Assembly (NCBI GenBank): GCA_963678375.2
Contig: OY782831.1
Coordinates: 33,447 to 97,446 of the forward strand
Length of the DNA stretch: 64,000 nt
Source: Candidatus Cloacimonadales bacterium
GTDB taxonomy: Bacteria > Cloacimonadota > Cloacimonadia > Cloacimonadales > JAFGVF01
Direction of reading: 5' to 3'
Shown: one piece after another, positions 57,304 to 64,000 of the stretch
Layout of the letters: each line of letters opens with the position of its first letter
Numbering within the stretch: the stretch's first letter is position 1
Translations under genes and position numbers: made by a program
Notes under the pieces: model-generated
The model's database searches: none
Told to the model about the DNA's origin: nothing
What the model saw: only the letters and a program-made list of their open reading frames with translations

Positions 57304-58455
57304 ATGCGTATTATTGTTAAAAAATTCGGTGGTACTTCAGTTGGAGACATTAGGAAAATTCGTAATATTGCTCAGAGACTACACCATGAAATGGAAAAAG
57401 ATTGCCGTTATGTAATTGTTGTTTCTGCTATGGGAAACACCACAGACCAACTTACTGATATGGCTTACCAACTGAGCAAAAAACCTTGTAAAAGAGAATT
57501 GGACATGCTACTAACAGCTGGGGAGAGAATAAGCATGTCTTTACTTTCTATAGCCCTACAAGAGTTTGGAATCGTTTCTATCTCCTTTACTGGATCACAG
57601 TCTGGTATTATTACTAATTCTAAACATGGCAATGCTAGAATAATTGATGTTACAGCTTTTAGAATTAGAGAAGAGTTAGTCAGACATAAAGTAGTTATAG
57701 TTGCTGGATTCCAAGGGGTTAGTAGAGAAAAAGAAGTCACTACTTTGGGGCGTGGAGGTTCTGATACTTCTGCAGTTGCCTTAGCTGCTTACCTTAAAGC
57801 AGAGAAATGTGAAATTTATACTGATGTTGATGGCATCTATAGTGCAGACCCAAGAATTGTTAAGGATTTTCTAAAACTAGATGAGATCTCTTATGATACT
57901 GTTTTAGAAATGGCTTATGGTGGAGCCAAAGTTATTCACCCTAGGGCGGTTGAGTTCGCTAAAAAATATGATATCCCTTTAGAAGTTAAATCTTCATTTA
58001 CTTTTGAAACTGGAACTTTTATACTTAAGGAAATACTTACTATGGAAGAAAAAAAGATTACGTCTTTAGCCCAAAAAACAGATTTGATTAGATTTGTTGT
58101 TGAAGCAGATTCTATCCAACTTCTCCAAAGCTTGAATACTGCAAATATTGATATTTATGATTTTAACATCAATGGGAACAACACTATTATTGTTCAGAAA
58201 GAGTATTATGAAGATTCACTTGAACCCTTGAAAGAATTTAAAATTTTAGAAGAAAGCGAAGTACAGTCAATATCATTAATCGGTCATAGAATTATTAATG
58301 ATATTGACTTCTTAATGCAACTAATTAAAGAAGTAAAACAACTTGATACAGAGATTAAAGACATTAAAAAGAATGCTGTTGGTATAACATTGATTGTATC
58401 CAGTAAAAACATTGATAGACTTTTAAACAAATTACACAAAAATTATATAAATTAA
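57304..58455 (+). CDS. aspartate kinase
   Basis: 383 aa: VKKFGGTSVGD, VVSAMGNTTD, GRGGSDTSA, C-terminal ACT-like region. Confidence 0.85.
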   Translation: MRIIVKKFGGTSVGDIRKIRNIAQRLHHEMEKDCRYVIVVSAMGNTTDQLTDMAYQLSKKPCKRELDMLLTAGERISMSLLSIALQEFGIVSISFTGSQSGIITNSKHGNARIIDVTAFRIREELVRHKVVIVAGFQGVSREKEVTTLGRGGSDTSAVALAAYLKAEKCEIYTDVDGIYSADPRIVKDFLKLDEISYDTVLEMAYGGAKVIHPRAVEFAKKYDIPLEVKSSFTFETGTFILKEILTMEEKKITSLAQKTDLIRFVVEADSIQLLQSLNTANIDIYDFNINGNNTIIVQKEYYEDSLEPLKEFKILEESEVQSISLIGHRIINDIDFLMQLIKEVKQLDTEIKDIKKNAVGITLIVSSKNIDRLLNKLHKNYIN

Positions 58456-58471
58456 TGGAGAAAAATGATTA

Positions 58472-60502
58472 ATGAGTAAATATATAGTTACCAGTGCCTT
58501 ACCTTATGCCAATGGTAAGTTGCATATTGGCCATGTAGCAGGAGCTTATCTACCTGCAGATATTTTTGTTAGATACTTGAGATTAAAAAGAGAAGATGTA
58601 ATATATATCTGTGGCACTGATGAACATGGTGCACCTATTTCAATAAAAGCAGAAAAAGAAGGATTAACTCCTCAAGCTATAGTTGATAGATACCACAAGT
58701 CTATCAAAGAAAGTTTTGATGGACTTAATATAGAATTTGATAACTTTTCAGGTACTTCAAGAAAACCTCACTACGATCTTTCTCAACAATTCTTCACCGA
58801 ACTACATGAAAATGGATATATTACTAGTAAAATAACTAAACAGTTTTATGATGAAGCAGAGTCACGCTTTCTTCCTGATCGATATGTAGAAGGTATTTGT
58901 CCTCACTGTGGTGCAGAAGGCGCAAGGGGTGACCAGTGTGATGCTTGTGGAAAACTAATAGATTCAATAACTTTAATAAAACCTATTAGCAAAGTTTCAG
59001 GTTCAACTCCAGTAATTAAAGAAACAAAACAATGGTATCTTAATCTACCAAAATTTACTGATCAGCTAAAAGAATGGTTGGACACTAAAACATACTGGAA
59101 AGAGAATGTTCGCAACTTTATCTTAAGTTGGTTGAATGAAGGTCTTATAGAGCGTGCTATAACCCGTGACATCAACTGGGGTGTACCTGTCCCATTAGAC
59201 GAAGCTGATGGAAAAGTTCTATACGTATGGTTTGATGCACCAATTGGCTACATTTCATCCACTATTGAATGGGCTCAAAATCAAGGTAAACCAGAACTAT
59301 GGAAAGATTATTGGCTTGATCAGAGTACAAAACTTATACATTTTATCGGAAAAGACAATATTCCTTTCCATACCATAATGTGGCCATCTTTCGTCATGGG
59401 ACAAAACGAGAGTTATGTTCTCCCTCATGATGTCCCAGCCAATGAATACCTTAATTTAGAAGGTGATAAAATATCTACTAGTAGAAATTGGGCTATATGG
59501 GTTGATGAGTTTATAAAGTATTTTGATGGTGAATACCTTCGCTATGTTTTAGCTGTAAATGCCCCAGAAAAACAAGATAATGACTTCTTATGGAAAGACT
59601 TTCAAAACAAAATTAACACTGAACTAAATAATGTTCTAGGCAATCTAGCCAATAGAGTATTTTCTTTTTCTAAGAAACACTTTGATGGACTTGTTGAAAA
59701 ACCTAAGCAGTTATCTGAAGCTTCACAGACTACCCTCAAGCAGGTTAATGAGCTTAGTTTAGAAACTGACCATTGTTACCAGAGTTACCAAGTTAGAAAA
59801 GCTGTTAAGACTATTTTGGATATTGCAAGGTTAGGTAATAGGTATTTTGATGAAAGAGAACCTTGGAAAGCAATAAAAGTTGATAAAACTTCTGTTCAAG
59901 AAACTATCTATACATGTTGTGAGATATTGAGAGTGATATCTGTTGTAATGACTCCTATCCTACCAAACTTTATGTCTCAATTAAGAGAAATAATGGGAAT
60001 AAAGCAAAAGCCTTTATGGGAAGAGCTCACTAGTAATCCTTATCCTTTGCAGCTTGAAAACATAAGAAGAATCTTTCAAAAGGTTGAAGATAATCAGATA
60101 GAAGAACAGTTAAAACTTCTCCAAGAAAATGCTCTAGCTAATAAAGAACCTGAAAGAATTAACTTCAAAGAGCTTAAACCTGAGATTGAATTTGATGATT
60201 TTATGAAGCTTGATATAAGAATTGCTAAAATACTTACTGCTGAGAAAGTTAAAAAGACAGATAAATTACTCAAGATAACTGCTGATATTGGGGGAAAAGA
60301 AATTGAACTAATTGCCGGATTAGCAAAATCTTATTCTCCAGAAAATATTATTGATAAAAAAGTTGTAATGCTGCTAAATTTAAAACCTAGAAAGATTAAA
60401 GGTATTCTTTCACAAGGTATGATTTTGGCAGCAGATGATGGTGAGACTTTATCAGTTTTATTAGCTGACAAAGATATCAAAACTGGTTCAGAAATAGGAT
60501 AA
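58472..60502 (+). CDS. metG: methionine--tRNA ligase with C-terminal tRNA-binding (EMAP-like) domain
   Basis: 676 aa: ALPYANGKLHIGH (HIGH), Zn knuckles CPHCGAEGARGDQCDACG, KISTS (KMSKS variant), C-terminal LDIRIAKIL...GILSQGMILA. Confidence 0.95.
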   Translation: MSKYIVTSALPYANGKLHIGHVAGAYLPADIFVRYLRLKREDVIYICGTDEHGAPISIKAEKEGLTPQAIVDRYHKSIKESFDGLNIEFDNFSGTSRKPHYDLSQQFFTELHENGYITSKITKQFYDEAESRFLPDRYVEGICPHCGAEGARGDQCDACGKLIDSITLIKPISKVSGSTPVIKETKQWYLNLPKFTDQLKEWLDTKTYWKENVRNFILSWLNEGLIERAITRDINWGVPVPLDEADGKVLYVWFDAPIGYISSTIEWAQNQGKPELWKDYWLDQSTKLIHFIGKDNIPFHTIMWPSFVMGQNESYVLPHDVPANEYLNLEGDKISTSRNWAIWVDEFIKYFDGEYLRYVLAVNAPEKQDNDFLWKDFQNKINTELNNVLGNLANRVFSFSKKHFDGLVEKPKQLSEASQTTLKQVNELSLETDHCYQSYQVRKAVKTILDIARLGNRYFDEREPWKAIKVDKTSVQETIYTCCEILRVISVVMTPILPNFMSQLREIMGIKQKPLWEELTSNPYPLQLENIRRIFQKVEDNQIEEQLKLLQENALANKEPERINFKELKPEIEFDDFMKLDIRIAKILTAEKVKKTDKLLKITADIGGKEIELIAGLAKSYSPENIIDKKVVMLLNLKPRKIKGILSQGMILAADDGETLSVLLADKDIKTGSEIG

Positions 60503-60512
60503 AGTATTTACA

Positions 60513-61694
60513 ATGAATATCCTAATGATCTTAGAAACAGCATTCCCACCGGATTTACGCGTTGAGAATGAAATAGATGCTCTGTTAACAGCAGGACATC
60601 AAGTTACTATAATAGCAGGTTTTAAGAAAAAGGTAAACAAGCTTTCTTCTTATGGCAAAGCTAGAATCATTAGGGTATTCATTCCTAAGCTTATTTATAA
60701 GAGTTCAATTGGTTGTTTAAATTTCCCTTTTTACTTCAACTTTTGGCATAAGATAATCAAAAAGGAGTTGCTTACAGGTCAGTATGATGCTGTTCATGTT
60801 CATGATCTCCCTCTTAGTCAAGTTGTAATAAAGTTAAGAACACAGCTAACCAAAAACTTTTTGATTACTCTTGACCTACATGAGAATTACCCAGATATGC
60901 TAAAAATAGCTAAACATACTAATTCTTTTTTAGGAAAATTATTCTTTAGTTATAGGCAATGGTTAGCTTATGAGAAGCTAATGGTTCAGCAAGTAGATAA
61001 GATAATAACAGTTGTAGAAGAAATGCGAGACAGAATAATATCTCTAGGAGTAGAAGCTGACAAGATTATTGTAGTCTCTAACACCTTCAATAGTAGCAAA
61101 TTTCCTACTCCTAAACGTCAAATCATGGATAAAGACTTCATACTGTTTTACGGTGGTGGAGTTACTATTGATAGAGGCTTACAGTATGTCATCCCTTCTC
61201 TTGCTAAAATAGCAGAAACTATACCACAATTAAAGTTATGGATTGTAGGAGATGGTTCTTATTTGCAAAATCTTAAAGACCAATCTAAAGATTTTAGGGT
61301 TCAACACTTGGTTAAGTTTTACGGAAGACAACCTTTTCCCGACTTGTTAAAACTTTTAGCTAAGGCAAATATTGCCCTTATTCCCCACCTTAAATCTCCG
61401 CAAACAGAATCAGGACTTCCCCATAAGCTCTTTCAATATATGGTAACTGGTATACCAATTGTAGCATCAAATTGCTCACCCTTTATTAGGGTCTTAGAAG
61501 ATAATCAAGCTGGACTTATCTACAAATATGATGATATTGACGATTTCTCTCAGACAATCTTGAAGTTGTATTCTAATCCAGAATTACAAAAGTGTCTGGT
61601 TAATAAAGCTAAACTCATTTTGCAGGATAAGTACCTATGGGAATATGATGCTAAAAGGCTTACTAAGATTTATCAGGCTGATACTTGCCTTTAA
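60513..61694 (+). CDS. glycosyltransferase family 4 (GT-B, GT1/GT4-type)
   Basis: 393 aa. C-terminal half ..ESGLPHKLFQYMVTGIPIVAS.. follows the EX7E-type retaining GT-B pattern. Confidence 0.75.
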   Translation: MNILMILETAFPPDLRVENEIDALLTAGHQVTIIAGFKKKVNKLSSYGKARIIRVFIPKLIYKSSIGCLNFPFYFNFWHKIIKKELLTGQYDAVHVHDLPLSQVVIKLRTQLTKNFLITLDLHENYPDMLKIAKHTNSFLGKLFFSYRQWLAYEKLMVQQVDKIITVVEEMRDRIISLGVEADKIIVVSNTFNSSKFPTPKRQIMDKDFILFYGGGVTIDRGLQYVIPSLAKIAETIPQLKLWIVGDGSYLQNLKDQSKDFRVQHLVKFYGRQPFPDLLKLLAKANIALIPHLKSPQTESGLPHKLFQYMVTGIPIVASNCSPFIRVLEDNQAGLIYKYDDIDDFSQTILKLYSNPELQKCLVNKAKLILQDKYLWEYDAKRLTKIYQADTCL

Positions 61695-62574
61695 AGAGAA
61701 GAAGCATAGCATAAATTGCATGATCAAACTTCTTTAGTTTAATATTCTCCCACATAACCCTAAGAAGACTCCCTTTAGAAAATTTCCAGCTTAATCTGCA
61801 ATCAATACAGGCTGGATTATCACAGAAAAAGAAATAGGGATTTCTTTTACCCTCGGTTAATTCCCAATCAAGGGTCTTTTTCATATCAGATACTATAATA
61901 TCAGCATTCCCTACTTTGCCTTCATACAGGAATGCCCCTATCTTTTTGTACTGAGGTAGCAATTTATTGAAACCAGCTACACAACCACCAGCCCAGTTGA
62001 CCAAAAACTCCTTAATATTATTACCTGATTGATAATGCACTCCATACTTTAATCTCTTTTGTTGATACCCAAGCAGGCCTATAGCTACGTGAGTAGTACC
62101 GACTCCTACTACTTTGTCATGGTGACCTAAACGAATGTTTTTAGCCCCCCTTTCAGCCATTCTTCTCAGTACATCATAAGCATAGCTTTCTGGACTATGA
62201 TTTTGAGCAAATTCATCAGCAAGTTTTCCGATAATAGCAAACTTTTGGATTGGGTGTTTGGATCTTCTAACTAGAGGGTGCTTGAGCATAGCATTAGCAA
62301 CAGCTCCAGCATAGGAAGGTGTGTTATCGTCAGTAATATAAAGATGTTTTCTCAAATATTTATGAGATTTAACATTAACAAAAGAATCAGTAACAATAGT
62401 CCCTTGTTCTCCAATTACTTCTAAAAAAGCATCAATTACGGTGCTAGCACCACCTTCAACCCAGCCAATTGATTTCAACGATATCTTAAGATTTAAGATA
62501 TCCCCTGCTTTAATACCTGCTTTACTAATATCATTTATTATCTCTTCTTTAGTTATTGTCTGCTTTTCCATCAT
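61663..62574 (-). CDS. AAC(3)-family (Antibiotic_NAT) aminoglycoside N-acetyltransferase-like protein
   Basis: GIKAGDILNLKISLKSIGWVEGGASTVIDAFLEVIGEQGTIVTDSF matches the AAC(3) N-terminal signature. Start moved from TTG 62592 to ATG 62574 (MMEKQT), preceded by AGGAAA. The 3' end overlaps the convergent GT4 gene by 32 nt. Confidence 0.65.
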   Translation of the reverse strand: MMEKQTITKEEIINDISKAGIKAGDILNLKISLKSIGWVEGGASTVIDAFLEVIGEQGTIVTDSFVNVKSHKYLRKHLYITDDNTPSYAGAVANAMLKHPLVRRSKHPIQKFAIIGKLADEFAQNHSPESYAYDVLRRMAERGAKNIRLGHHDKVVGVGTTHVAIGLLGYQQKRLKYGVHYQSGNNIKEFLVNWAGGCVAGFNKLLPQYKKIGAFLYEGKVGNADIIVSDMKKTLDWELTEGKRNPYFFFCDNPACIDCRLSWKFSKGSLLRVMWENIKLKKFDHAIYAMLLLFKGKYQPDKS

Positions 62575-62633
62575 AAAATTTCCTATTATCAATTCATTAA
62601 TAGCTTGTTTTTAAGCACTTTTTGCTAGAAAAG

Positions 62634-63524
62634 CTACTTTTTATTACTATCAATCAGTTCTTGCTTAGCTAGAATATTTTTAGCCATCTCTACCATTGGA
62701 GGACCAATAAACTTACCATTCTTTACTGCAACACCTTGATTATTTTTTTTAGCTTCTTGATATAACTCAAGCATCTCTTTTGAATCTGCTAACTGTTGAG
62801 CACTTGGTGAGAAATACTGGTGAACAAGCGGTAATTCTTTTGGGTTTAAGACTAACATTCCCTCAAAACCTAACTTACGTGCAACCTGGAGGTTTTTCTC
62901 TAAATCAGCTAAATCATGTACTTTAATATGAACAGTATCAATTGGAACTACATTATTAGCCCTAGCTGACATTGCTATCATAGCACGTGGAGTTAGAATA
63001 CTTAATCCTTGAGAATCATGAATCCCTTCCAAATCAGTTACAAAATCTTCACATCCAAAAGCTAAAGCAACAACCCTTGAAGAAGCCTGACAAATTTCTT
63101 GAGCATTTAATACAGCTGCGGTTGTTTCTATTAAAGCTATAATCTTATAGGTTCCAATTGCAATACCTTTTTCATATTCTATTGTCTCTAATAGTTTATC
63201 AAAGAAATAGATATCCTGGCCTGTGTGAGCTTTTGGGTACATAAATCCAGTCACACCAGGAATAGTTAGTTGATAGACATCTTTTAAGAGATAACCACTT
63301 TCTCTATCGTTGACTCTAGGGAAGACGTGTTGTCGTTTAAAGACCTCATTACACACATACCGCTCAATAGTATCTCGAGCTAACTGTTTATTACTAGCAG
63401 GGCGAACAGAATCTTCAAGGTCTAACAACAATACATCAGCTTGTGATTTGGCTGCACTATTTAACAAGCGTTCATTATGACCAGGTACAAACATTAAAGA
63501 ACGCATAAGAATTCTAGTTTTCAT
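62634..63524 (-). CDS. HpcH/HpaI aldolase / citrate-lyase beta (CitE-like) family acyl-CoA lyase
   Basis: 296 aa: LMFVPGHNERLL, LLLDLEDSV, ALIETTAAV, FGCEDF pattern of CitE/malyl-CoA/citramalyl-CoA lyases. Confidence 0.75.
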   Translation of the reverse strand: MKTRILMRSLMFVPGHNERLLNSAAKSQADVLLLDLEDSVRPASNKQLARDTIERYVCNEVFKRQHVFPRVNDRESGYLLKDVYQLTIPGVTGFMYPKAHTGQDIYFFDKLLETIEYEKGIAIGTYKIIALIETTAAVLNAQEICQASSRVVALAFGCEDFVTDLEGIHDSQGLSILTPRAMIAMSARANNVVPIDTVHIKVHDLADLEKNLQVARKLGFEGMLVLNPKELPLVHQYFSPSAQQLADSKEMLELYQEAKKNNQGVAVKNGKFIGPPMVEMAKNILAKQELIDSNKK

Positions 63525-63982
63525 TATTTCCTCTTGGGGATAAGAACATTTCTTCTAAAAGTTAAGATTAAATCATTATTTTGATTATAAGCTTTAGTTT
63601 CAACGTAAACAATTCCCCTATCATTTTTTGATTTAGATTCTCTTACAGATAATACTTCAGTCTCAGCATAAAGTGTATCTCCGATGAAAACTGGTCCATT
63701 GTGAATAATATTCTCGTAATTTAAGTTTGCTATTGCTTTTCCTGATATATCAGGAACTGTCATACCCACTACTAAGGAAAAAACTAAAGTACCAACAACC
63801 AAGATTTTTCCATGTTGATGACTATTTGCATAATCTTGATTCAGGTGTACTGGGTGGTGATTCATAGTTAACAGAGAAAACAAGTTGTTATCAGATTCAA
63901 AGATTGTTTTGGATAAAGTGTGTCTAATTTTATTGCCAACTTCAAAATCTTCAAAGAAGTTTCCAAATGTTGATTTAATCAT
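63524..63982 (-). CDS. MaoC-like (R-specific) enoyl-CoA hydratase/dehydratase
   Basis: Hot-dog fold pattern ..NHHPVHLNQDYA..HGKILVVGTLVFSLVVG.. Start moved to ATG 63982 (MIKSTFG) after GAGGT. The stop overlaps the CitE-like start by 1 nt at 63524 (TAATG: the stop's last A is the start's first base). Confidence 0.7.
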   Translation of the reverse strand: MIKSTFGNFFEDFEVGNKIRHTLSKTIFESDNNLFSLLTMNHHPVHLNQDYANSHQHGKILVVGTLVFSLVVGMTVPDISGKAIANLNYENIIHNGPVFIGDTLYAETEVLSVRESKSKNDRGIVYVETKAYNQNNDLILTFRRNVLIPKRK

Positions 63983-64000
63983 TTTATACCTCATATTTTT

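Overview
This is an AT-rich (by eye about one third G+C), very gene-dense bacterial chromosomal segment with about 50 protein-coding genes. I could not recognise any rRNA, tRNA, CRISPR array, transposase or integrase. Transcription runs leftward (minus strand) from 1 to 52.6 kb, apart from a plus-strand gene pair at 31.2-32.7 kb and a small ORF at 44.3 kb. It then runs rightward from 52.8 to 61.7 kb and leftward again to the end.

The content mixes housekeeping genes with many Gram-negative envelope and secreted functions. Housekeeping: ddl, tkt, recJ, rplU-rpmA, rng, sppA, birA, queA, coaBC, ligA, aspartate kinase, metG, fused msrB-msrA. Envelope and secreted: LptF/G-type permeases, an LpxL-type acyltransferase, GT2 and GT4 glycosyltransferases, several signal-peptide beta-barrel proteins ending in Phe, lipoprotein clusters, and one protein with a T9SS-type C-terminal sorting domain. 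Together with TTGACA-type -35 boxes, this suggests an uncultured FCB-superphylum relative (Cloacimonadota-like). That is inference, not a search result.

Most worth a second look:
1. An unlisted 59-aa 2x[4Fe-4S] ferredoxin, translationally coupled to a geranylgeranyl-reductase-family enzyme, a polyprenyl-phosphate GT2 and an LpxL-like acyltransferase.
2. A tight operon of ddl, a secreted protein, a double-FecR protein, an 811-aa OM barrel and a CHASE2 nucleotide cyclase. It looks like a trans-envelope signalling module.
3. A 1378-aa secreted protein built from four tandem FGE-sulfatase/C-type-lectin-fold modules (about 1 kb DNA periodicity).
4. A small accessory islet at 44.3-47.0 kb. Three consecutive genes there are each one homopolymer indel (T6, G8, A5) away from a longer, better-formed ORF, and about 0.7 kb of ORF-free DNA with terminator-like hairpins follows.
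5. A second long ORF-free spacer (3979-4586) with nested inverted repeats. It shares three collinear sequence anchors, in inverted orientation, with the 46.8-47.0 kb spacer.

All functional calls come from motif recognition in the supplied translations and from my own reading of the DNA. No database search or folding computation was possible.
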